Shown: positions 52,989 through 64,000 of the stretch, piece after piece
Position numbering within the stretch: position 1 is the first letter of the stretch
Layout: every line of letters starts with the position of its first letter
Assembly (NCBI GenBank): GCA_951406725.2
Contig: OX597833.1
Span: 39,370,001-39,434,000, forward strand
DNA from: Octopus vulgaris
Lineage: Eukaryota
Direction: 5' to 3'
DNA length: 64,000 nucleotides
Position numbers and translations under genes: made by a program
Notes under the pieces: model-generated
Seen by the model: the letters and a program-made list of their open reading frames with translations, nothing else
The model's database searches: none
Told to the model about the DNA's origin: nothing

Positions 52989-53196
52989 ACGTTTGTGTGT
53001 CTGTGTTTGTCTCCCCACCATCGCTTGATGACTTATGCCGGTGTGTTTATGTCCCTGTAACTTAGCAGTTCGGCAAAAGAGACTGATAGAATAAGTACTA
53101 GGCTTACAAAGTCCTGGGGTCGATTTGCTCGACTAAAAGGCAGTGCTCCAGCATGGCCACAGTGAAATGACTGAAACAAGTAAAAGAGTAAAAGAG
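52900..53196 (+). mobile_element. SINE family A, 5' truncated
   Basis: tggtagacggaaactgaaagaagcccatcg...aagtaaaagagtaaaagag. Confidence 0.9.
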
Positions 53197-53210
53197 CACC
53201 TACCACCATG

Positions 53211-53241
<31 letters not shown>

Positions 53242-53888
53242 TCACTAGCACACATACACACAAACCACCACAACATACAGGCACCAATACCAACATCACT
53301 GAGCAAATGAATGAAACTACACATTGCCATCCATGGAAAAGAACGCATTGGTTAAGGTGGTCCAGTCTTCCCTACTTATAGGAAAAAGGCAAGAAGGTCA
53401 TGGCAGGAAGGGCTATGATTTTTGGCTTAATTGATTGATCAACAGTGACCTGGGGCTAAATAAAAACAACAACACAACAACCATCACTAGCACCACTACA
53501 AACACCATTGACAGCCACAACTGAGACTACCACCACCACCACCACCACCACCACCACTACCACCACCACTGCCATCATCAACAAAACATCCCAACCATCA
53601 ATTACCTTCACCACCACCACCACCACTACCACTACCACTGCCACCACCAACGCCACCACCACTATTTTATATAAAAATGGCAGCTGTACACAAGTTGAAG
53701 ACAATTTCTCAAAATGATGGTTGAAACAACAGAAAGGCTTGGGAAAAATTAGAAAATGGAAGAATTTCTGAGTCTTTCAAAGAAATAATTAATATTTCTA
53801 CATCATTAGATTGTTGTAGCTGTATGTATATTATGTATATTAAAAATGTCTGTGTATACTTACATCCATACACACACACACACACATG

Positions 53889-53928
<40 letters not shown>

Positions 53929-54157
53929 TATACACATATGTGTGTGTGTGTGTGTGTAAAATGAACATACATTATATGTAATTATAAATGTATGCATATG
54001 TATATATGTATGAGTATAAATCTATATCTTCATCTATTATATGTGTGTGTGTGTATATATATATATATGTGTGTAAATATATATATGCACATATATAATT
54101 GTGCACTCTATATAATTATATGTATACAATTGATATAAATATATGTATATATGTATG

Positions 54158-54219
<62 letters not shown>

Positions 54220-54276
54220 TATGTATATATATGTATATGTATAATATATATATATATCTTTGCATACACAAATACA

Positions 54277-54369
<93 letters not shown>

Positions 54370-55080
54370 TATATATATTATTATATATATTGTATATATG
54401 TATATATATAACTTTGCACACACAAATATATGAATAGTGGTTGTATGTGCATATATATATTTATGTGTGTATGTGTATGTATATGTACAATCAATCTCTC
54501 TATATGTAAATGTGAATGTAAAGGCAGCCAAGATGAAACACTGAACAGAATAATGGCCAGAGCAGATGTTTCTGGAATAAAGCAGCTCTCTCTCTCCCTC
54601 TCTCTCTCCATCCCTCCCCCTTTCCTTCTTCCACACACACATAAACACAAACATACACATGCACACACACACATCCCCCCCCATTTTCTCTCTCTCTGTC
54701 TCTCCACATACTCACACGCACACACGTATATATGTATATGTGTATAAAACCATGCATACACACCACACGCATGCACATAAATATATCTCACATTGTGTGT
54801 GCAGTGTGTGTGTATCTCTCTCTTTCTCTTTCTCTTTCTCTTTTATACAAATAGTAAATGCAAGAATAGCTAATTTAATCTTTTAAAACAGACATTTGAC
54901 TTATTGTATTCTGAAAATTACTGAGCAACCACCACCACCACCACCACCACCACAGACTCATTTTCATTATCAGTAACAACAACAGAATCATCACTATTAT
55001 AAACACTAATATCACAAACCTATCAGAACCATTATCATTACTGCAACCTTGAATTGTGTGTATGCATGTATCTGTGTATA

Positions 55081-55166
<86 letters not shown>

Positions 55167-55522
55167 TGTGTGTGCTTGTGTGTTTCTATGTGTTTTTGTG
55201 AGTGTGTATGTAACAGCTGCATCCAGAAGTATTGAGAAAGTTTTGAAACCTGGGTAATTTATTGTCCCATAAAAGAGTAATATGGAAATACGAAAAATCC
55301 TTAGTAAAAAAGTTAAAAACCTGAGAAGTTTAGTTAACTCTCTCTCCTTCTCCCTCTCTCCTTCTTTCTCTCTCTCTTTCTTTCTCTCTCTCTTTCTCTC
55401 TCTCTCTTTCTCTCTCTCTCCTCTCTCTCTCTCTTTCTCTCCCTCCTTCTCTCTCTCTCTCTAAATACATGGGAAGCAGTTGCAGTATGAAAGATATAAA
55501 GGGTATGCATCTATCCATACAT

Positions 55523-55725
55523 ACACACAAACATACATATTTAATATGCACATATACATACATACATACATGCATACATACATACGTATTTAATATGCAC
55601 ATACACATACATAGATATATACACACAAACATACATATTTAATATGCACATACACATACATAGATATATACACACAAACATACATATTTAATATGCACAT
55701 ATACATACAAAGATATATACATACA
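55523..55725. repeat. 49-bp minisatellite (3-4 units)
   Basis: taatatgcac recurs at 55591, 55640 and 55689. Confidence 0.88.
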
Positions 55726-55900
55726 TGCATGCATACTTGATATGCTCATGCACATATATACACTGGCACACACATTTATATATGTTTAAAAGTGGGTGTG
55801 CCTCCTTAGTTTTATAACTATACACAAATATACATATAAATATACTTATGCAGAGATATATGTAAGTTCTTATATAAATACATATATATATATATATATA

Positions 55901-56190
55901 CAGGGTGCAATGGGTAAATTGTCGCTATTTTATATTTTGAATTTCGTGCATGCGCAGTTTGTTTTTGATTTTTGTTGACTACATAGTATAGTAGGCTCAG
56001 CTGGGCACCGTCTGTGAAAAAAAACAGCACCATGATGCAATTCACTCTGCTAGAAATTTGGAAACGACATGCTGTACTGCTTGGCATTCGTGCCGGAAAC
56101 TCCAATACAAACATTTCAGAGTTTTTTGGTGTGAATCTGAAGACATGTAGTGACAATGATAAAAGTCAAATGTGATCACTAGTGATGGCC
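55901..56190 (+). mobile_element. 5' end of the maT/DD37D-like transposon (TIR plus transposase N-terminus, deleted)
   Basis: TA-cagggtgcaatgggtaaattgtcgct matches rc of 43568-43594; MMQFTLLEIWKRHAVLLGIRAGNSNTNISEFFGVNLKT; gtgatcactagtgatgg (VITSDG). Confidence 0.8.
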
Positions 56191-57159
56191 ATGTATCAGT
56201 CAGTGAACATGGTGCGCGATGTTGTTGTCTTCACTGAGGTTATCAGGTCAGACATTTGTTTTCCATCGCACCACCTGCGTTATAGTACATGCTCAACCAC
56301 TGTCAAAAATAGGAGATTGTAGCAAAATCTTTACGAACTTTGAGGCTTATGGAAGGAATATGGAAGGCGTGACTATATATTAATAATGATAAGCAACCTT
56401 GCATAAATTGGGTTGAATTAAGAGAAAATGCTAAAAGTACAAAACCTCGAAAGGTTTTAGTCATTGCTTCACATCGTTACAACACTTCAACGAATATAGG
56501 CTCTTACTGTGCTTAATCCTTGGGGAAATTCTATTGAATTTAAAGCAGAGAACGCTCCTTTGGCATTCCTGAGTCATTTGCTACCAAGAAAATCTACTTG
56601 GACAAATTGTTTGCGGTAGTAATGCCAGAACACGGTTCATTAGTTAAGTTTCTGTTGAAAAATAAGGCTTTCTGCAAAGAAATTGTATCCCAATACTTCA
56701 GAGACATTGTTTAATCATGGAATTCTGAAGACATTCGCACTGGCAGTTTAGTTGTGGCACAAAAACCATTATTGAAGGAAAATGTGACAATAGTTGTTCA
56801 AAAGCAGCATTTTTTTTTTGTTATTTTCCATTGACAAATAGAGTTTTATGCATGATAAATGCACTCATAACATTAATTGTACATTGCTGCATTTTTTGAC
56901 ACCAAAAACATTAAAATTGGCAACGTAGATTAGAAGCAAATACAACCATTGTCCGAAAATGACCTCAAAATTGTGTAACGCGACCCCGTTTGCGAAGTTA
57001 TTTTTGTAGTAAAAAAGAGTTGTGCAAAAAACGTACTTCATTTGGTAGCCGAAAGATTACTGAATCTTTTAATACCTCATATGTCAAAACCGGCAGCTCA
57101 GTTTTTGAATCCATAAGAAACATACGCACCACTATCAAGATCAGTTGTCGAGAACGATG

Positions 57160-57415
57160 AAGACTTTTTGAAAACTTTGCGCAGGCATCTGAGCAGATAT
57201 TGCCAAGTTTTTGGCAAAATTTGTTGCAGATTTTCTGCTCAACTTTTTCCCTCATGATCAATGTGGCGATCACATGTTACACTTTTCTCCCAAGCACTGC
57301 TGTAAACAGCAGAAGCGAGCTAGAAGATTACAACATAGTGAACATCAGAGTCCAAGGTCAATCTGTACCAAGCAACTTCACTCTGAGTGCTTTAGCTATG
57401 TTACTTTTTGGTGTG
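57160..57415 (-). mobile_element. mariner transposase N-terminal fragment
   Basis: MREKVEQKICNKFCQKLG resembles mariner EQR.CIKFC.KLG. Confidence 0.6.
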
Positions 57416-57439
57416 TGAGGGACATGCTGATCAGATCGC

Positions 57440-58995
57440 ATATGCATCTTTTTTTAAAAAGTATATAGATAATCCTGTTATTGGTGGGTGGAATATCATT
57501 TTTTTTTTGTGTTCAGTAGTGGTTTATATTTTCTAATGAAGAATTCTTCTTTATATTTTCCAGAAATGTTCGTTGTCGGACCATAACTTAAAGAAGGGGA
57601 AAATTGTGAATTTTACCTTTCCGCATGATGTGAAGTGTTCACTGCTGGTGGTGTTTCTGACAGGGGGGGTCCATAATTTGTTGTTTATGTACACGAACTC
57701 TGTCATGCAGTCCCGTTCCGGCTTCACTAATGTAGTATTCTTTACATTGAGGGTAAGTTGCACAGTAAATTAAGTTTTTTGTTTTGCAATTCTTGTTTGT
57801 ATTAAGTTTGAAAATCTCATTGTTTTTAAAGGAGACTTCTCCACCCTCTTCAATGTATTCACAAGTTCCGCATTGAGAGGACTGCATTTCTTAACTTGCA
57901 TTGTTTCAATGTTAGACATAAATTTTGCCTTGGTGAGCAGTTTTTTGTAAGGTTGGGGGCTTGATGTCTGCTATATATTATTTGTGAGTCTTTTATAAGT
58001 GCATTCATTTTGGGAGATTGCTGGAGAGTTTGGGAGATATTGTTTGGCAGCTTTCACAATGTTGAAGTTCCTTGGGTTGTGACTGATGACAAAAGGGATA
58101 ACTGTTTTTCCTTTATATTTTGTTGGTTTATTTTTTCTCAGTGCTGTCACTGGAATATTCTGGGTCTTAGAGATAGTCGTATTGATGAGGTTCATTGAAT
58201 ATAATCTTGTCTTTTAGGAACCGTTTTAGTCCATATAATCTGTTTTTCCTCTAGTGTGGGATGTGTTACTATGATGCAGATGTGTATTGCAATGTTAAAG
58301 GGGATGTTCCTTTTTTGTATGTGAGGGACATGCCGATTGGAAATTTAAGTATTGGTGCATATATGTTGGTTTATAAAATAGGCTTGTTTCGATATTTTCT
58401 CCTTCTTTAATGATAAGGATATCCAGAAACAGTAGTTCCTTTCTATTACAATCCATGGTAAATTGTATTGCTTCGTAAAGCCTGTTTATGATGGAACAGA
58501 ATCTTTTCAGGTCTTCTTAGCTTCTATCCCAGAAGATGAAGCAATCTTCTAGGTAACATTTCCAGTTGTTATTAATGTAGGTGACGAAGTCATGATTGAA
58601 TGTTTCCTGAAGCTAGGAATATAGTTTTGCCTCTAGGTAACCCATAACGTGTGTTGTATATGTTGGGACTATTTTGGTGCCCATGGCCATTCCTATTATT
58701 TGTAAATGCTGTTCGTTATCAAAGAAGAAGTGGTTATTCTCCAAAATAAATTTGAGCCCTTCCAAAATAAACTCTTTTGGAAATCTCTCTGAAATGGAAT
58801 CTGGATGTTTTGTGATCCAGAAGTCAACAGCTTCAATTCCTTAGTCATGTGGGCTATTAGTATATAAGCTTGCTATGTCAAAGCTGACTAAGATTGTGTC
58901 TTGGTATATTTTCTGAGGGATGTAGTTCAAGAATTCCATATCATCTCTGATGTAGCTTGGTACTTTTTTATATAGGGGTTTCAGAAAGATATCTA
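57440..58995 (-). mobile_element. Penelope-like retroelement, 5' truncated (RT plus GIY-YIG endonuclease), inactivated
   Basis: LKPLYKKVPSYIRDDMEFL...LVSFDIASLYTN...LENNHFFFD...GMAMGT (PLE RT); CGTCEY...NCKTKNLIYCAT.PQCKEYYISE...RVRVHK (GIY-YIG). Confidence 0.92.
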
Positions 58996-60020
58996 ATATG
59001 TTATGTATATATGTGTATGTGTATGTACATAAGTATGTATAAAATGTTGATGTCTAATAATGATATCTAATAAATTATATATATATATATATGTGTGTGT
59101 GTATGGGTATGTATATATAGGTATATGTGTGTGTATGCATATGTGTGTATATATGTATGTGTGTATGTATATATGCATGTATGTATATATATATATATAT
59201 ATATATGTATACTTTTTGTATGTTTATATGTAGGGACGTAAATATGTGAGCTAGCATGATCTCTCCCCCACCTTCCCTCTTAAACCAATATAAAAAGAAT
59301 ACATTTCTACCAACAAACATTCCAAAACTAACCTTATTTTTTTTCTCTCTGCTGTCAACCTTTTTTATCAAAAGACATGTATCTTACATCTCATTAAAAG
59401 GACACACACCTAAACTCATCTTTAACATAGAAAATTACTGAAGTTTCTCTTTATGAAATTAAGATAGTTGATTCAGCCATAAGAAAAGAATTTGAAAAAC
59501 ATCTGACCATTATGTTTTTCACCAAAGATCAACTATTCAAATGGAACCAGCTGGAGGGCACTTTCACAAGCCCTTCATAAAACACTCCTTAAGCACCCCA
59601 CCACCTCCCAACTCCATTCTCAATCGATTGTCTTGTTTTTACCATTCACTATTTTCTTTCAGCTCTTTTTCATCAATACTCCTTCACTCCCAACCCCACA
59701 TCAGACACATCCAAATCTCTTATATATAGAATCACACAGCTCAACACAATCTGAGATCAGTTTGACAATTGCCACTGATGAATACCAGAAAGCTCTCCAG
59801 AAAAGTTAACAAGAATTCTTTAAAAAATCTCTCCACTGAAGTTCACAAAGAACTTACTAAGATTCACAAAGCAAACTGTAAAATTATATGATTAAAAAAT
59901 TAAATTGATTAGAACTACCTGTGAAGTCATTCTTTTCCGTTTTCAAATATATGTGTATATATATACACATACACACACATACTATATGTGTATACACACA
60001 CACACACACACACACACACT

Positions 60021-60420
60021 AGGCATGGCTGTATGGTAAGTAGCTTGCTTACCAACCACATGGTTCCGGGTTCAGTCCTACTGCATGGAACTTGAGCAAG
60101 TGGCACTTGGGCCAACCAAAGCCTTGTGAGTGGATTTGGTAGACAGAAACTGAAATAAGCCTGTTGTATATAGATATATATAGATATATATATGTGTGTA
60201 TTTATGTGTGTGTGTCTGTTTGTCCACCCCCCCAACATCACTTGAAAACTGTCGTTGGTTTGTTTATGCCCCCATAACTTAGCGGTTTGGTGAAAGAGAG
60301 CGATAAAATAAGTAGTAGGCTAACAAAGAATAAGTTCTGGGGTTGATTTGTTCAACTCAAGGTGGTGCTCCAGCATAGCTGCAGGCATATGACTGAAACA
60401 AGTAAAAGAATAAAAGAATA
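60021..60420 (+). mobile_element. SINE family A, near full length
   Basis: aggcatggctgtatggtaagtagc...gactgaaacaagtaaaagaataaaagaa. Confidence 0.9.
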
Positions 60421-60459
60421 GAGAGATACACAGACATAGATATATGTATAGACACACAC

Positions 60460-60492
<33 letters not shown>

Positions 60493-60509
60493 ATACACAC
60501 ACTATATAC

Positions 60510-60599
<90 letters not shown>

Positions 60600-61381
60600 T
60601 GATAGATAGATATACTTACATATATATATATACATATATACATATAAATAAATATAGAGATGGTATTATTAAAATACCATCACAAGTGGTAAGCGAATTA
60701 TTAGCCGTACAGGCAAATTGATAAAATATATACATACAATACCAGATATGTACATATATACGCAAGGGTACTACATGAGTACCTATATAAGACAGGTTTT
60801 TTAAAATTTTCCTCTGGTGCCAATTCTTGCCACTTAGAACCACAGTATGTCTCTACAATATTCTTTATACTAATGTGGTTAGAAATGTTTGCATTGTGGC
60901 ATATAGTTCCTTTTTCTAGTAAGACAGTTGCAGATTCTTTGGTTCAAAGCCAACCAATTCTTGCATTACAAACATGCTTCGGTTGTTGTTGTTTGGCCCC
61001 ATATCAGTGCCAACCTAACAGAAGTATGATCAGAAAGCATCCCACCTACCCCACAACTATGCAGCCTTTTTACTCCCCATAGTGCTTACAGAATAATATG
61101 CTCCCAAAGTGTCATTTGTCTTTTATAAAACACAGAGTAGCATGATTTGAATGAAAGTTTAGCAGCTATTTCTAGCAGGTCTGCAGACTACATAACAGAC
61201 TCCTTTATTGCTTCATCACACACATCTAAATATATATCCAGAATCATTGTTTCTTTTCTTGTTGTTTAACAACAGGTCTGCACTGACCAACAAGGCCTAT
61301 GGTTAAATGTGCTCCACTTATGACCACCTTGTCATTTTATGCATCAATGTTCTTTTCTTTTAAAGACAATATAGTATGAGG

Positions 61382-61660
61382 TGTGGAGGCACATGGCCTA
61401 GTGGTTAGAGCAGCAGACTTGCAGTCAAGGTGATCGTGAGTTTGAATCTTAGACTGGGCGATGTGTGTGTTTATGAGTGAGACACCTAAGCTCCACGTGC
61501 CTCCGGCAGAAGGTAATGGCAAACTTCTGCTGACTCTTTTGCCACGACTTTCTCTCACACTTTCCTCCTGCATCTTGCAGCTCACCTGGGACGGACTGGC
61601 ATCCCATCCAAGTGGGGAACCTATATGCCAAGGAAACTGGGAAACTGGCCCTTATGAGCT
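61382..61660 (+). mobile_element. tRNA-derived SINE family E (V-domain-like segment)
   Basis: A box tggcctagtggttagag, B box gagtttgaatc; gacggactggcatcccatcca resembles the V-SINE domain. Confidence 0.7.
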
Positions 61661-61959
61661 TGAGAAGGAATTTAGATAATAAAATAAAATGGTATGAGGT
61701 GAAAATTTAGTTGCTATTTCTAACATGTAAGAAGCTGAGGTGAGATTCAATTGCATGTCAAAACATTAAATGTTCTGGCTTTTTTAAGGAGTTGTTAATT
61801 AATTAGTTGGTTTGTTTGTTTGTTTGTTTGTTGGTTGGTTGGTATAACTGACAATGCTCTCTTCCCTTATTGCAACATGTTACCTACCACTCCTATCTCA
61901 AACCACCCAAACCACTTACATTTTGTCCCACCTCTTTCTCTTATATATATCGTAAAGGA

Positions 61960-62148
61960 GTAAAAAGCCCCTTCGGTCATGGAATGGATGACTTTGGGAC
62001 TGCAACTAGAAAGTTACCCTCCAAGGCACAAATTTGGGAAAGGTTGTTTATGGAAGACCAGCAATCACCAAAACACAGCCCAGTCCTCAGTCAAGGAAAT
62101 TGAACTCACTACCTCATGATTGTGAGCCCGATGCTCTAACCACTGGAC
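61960..62148 (-). mobile_element. SINE family B, internally deleted
   Basis: cccttcggtcat...aaagttaccctcc (3' end) joined to ctcatgattgtgagcccgatgctctaaccactg (head). Confidence 0.75.
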
Positions 62149-62746
62149 CGAATAAAATGAGCCAATGGTAGTGGTTGAAAAATGTGCATGGCAGTGAACC
62201 ATTCCTCTAAAATAGCAAGAATCAATTCTTACAGCTGGAATTGTAAAACAATCAAAAGTTTCTATTCCACCTACATTAATGGTTATAAAATTCCAAAAAC
62301 AGTGAGGTTCCTGAAACAACTTCTGCTGCAACTGTCAGTAATGGTATCGTATTCTTATTGTTGCAGAGGGTGGGGGAACAGCAATGGAACACTGCAACAC
62401 AAAGAATAGCTGTTTCATATATGTACACACATGTGCAATACACAAACACACACACTTTTGCACATATGTACATGCATACATAACCCCCACAATCACATAT
62501 ACACATAGATATACACAGATATGTGTGTATGCATGCGTATGTGTGTGTGTGTGTGTGTGTGTGCCTATATATATACATAAATATTACACATTTGCTCACA
62601 CACACATATGTGTATATGCATGTATATATATGTATGATACATATACATATATACATATATATATATAAAATGGATATGTGCATATACACATTCATACATG
62701 CATACATGTATACACATATACATATACATATACATATACATACATA

Positions 62747-62792
<46 letters not shown>

Positions 62793-63812
62793 CACATATG
62801 TGTGTGTGTGTGCATGTATATACATATATATATACATGCATACAATTTTATATATATATTTGTGTATTTGTTTATACATATATATATATTAAATATGCAC
62901 ATATATATAAAGAGAGAGGGAGAAGGATATATATATGTATGTATATATATATATATCCCTCTCTTTCTCTCTTTCTCTTTCTCTCCCTCTCTCTACATGT
63001 GTATGTGTGTGTATATGCATGTGTGTGCATGTGCATGTATACATGCATAAATGGGAAACAAGTTTTCTGTAGGGTTTGCACTTTTGGAAACCTCACTATA
63101 ATGTATTTTTAAATAGATTTCTTACCTTTCAAATTTTCCTTTCAAAAGGGTTCACAATACCATTCAACATATATGTTCTATAATTTCAGAGCATGTCATT
63201 CATTTATTTCGAAAACTTATGGTTAAGTTCATTATCTCCCCACTATATATTGTGCTTTACCCCCTAATTACAGGCACAGCAAAAATCTCATTTCAATTTG
63301 CCTAAAGGCATATGTATGTTTAAATGTACATACACACACGCATGCATACACACACATGCATTCACACATTTATATATATATATATATATATGCGCAAAGA
63401 TATGTGTGTACACATATGGAAAATTTGCACGCATTTCCATCACAGAGCACAACTTAATTCAGCTGAACACAGTATTTTTCACTGAAGGTGCTCAATAACT
63501 AATTAAAAATTAATTGCATCTATGACAAAAGACTGTGAAAGAAATGATAATAACAGTAAAGGAGAAAACTCAGAATATACCGAAAGGCTGAAGATGCATA
63601 TGTGTGTGTGTGTGTGTGTGTATTACATCTCCCCCTCTCTCTCCCTTTTCTCTCCTGTGTTTGTTTGGTATATACACACACATATATATACACATATATA
63701 TACATATATACATACATATTACATACGTACATATATATAAATATGTATGAATATATGTAAGCATATATTTGTATGTATATATGTATATATGTATGTGTGT
63801 ATATGTGTGTGT

Positions 63813-63958
63813 GTGTAGCAAGAAGCTTGCTTCCCAACCAGATGGTTCCAGGTTCAGTCCCTTTGCGTGGTACCTTGGGCAAGTCTTCTGCTCTAGCCTC
63901 TGGCCAACCAAAGCCTTGTGCATGAATTTGGTAGATGGAAACTGAAAGAAGTCCATCG

Positions 63959-63960
<2 letters not shown>
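63813..63960 (+). mobile_element. SINE family A, 5' half running to the window end
   Basis: aagaagcttgcttcccaacc...accttgggcaagtc...gaaactgaaagaagtccatcg. Confidence 0.88.

Positions 63961-64000
<40 letters not shown>

Noticed and set aside
59260-59930. Possible N-terminal coding remnant of a retroelement
   Set aside because: Coding-like composition but no motif I could identify; left uncalled

Overview
AT-rich eukaryotic non-coding DNA (intronic or intergenic). It is most likely an Octopus genome, inferred from my recollection of the SINE families, not from a search. No host protein-coding gene can be called with confidence, and almost all entries in the ORF track are translations of (TA)n, (CA)n, (CATA)n, (GAT)n and (CAC)n microsatellites. 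The window is a patchwork of at least five SINE or SINE-like families, decayed mariner and DD37D-type transposons, R4/Dong-like and RTE LINE fragments, several Penelope-like element (PLE) remnants, MITEs and fold-back palindromes. The most notable structure is a set of about 9 minimal type-I hammerhead-ribozyme-like motifs (CUGANGA...GAAA with palindromic stem III) at PLE-type termini. Several have long stem-II loops or shared core variants. Also notable are an R4/Dong-like family associated with (CATA)n, local fold-back duplications centred on (AT)n, and a few unique blocks (a 21-nt microexon candidate, a CpG-rich block and a kinase-like fragment). Coordinates were counted by hand, and the ends of decayed elements are approximate.
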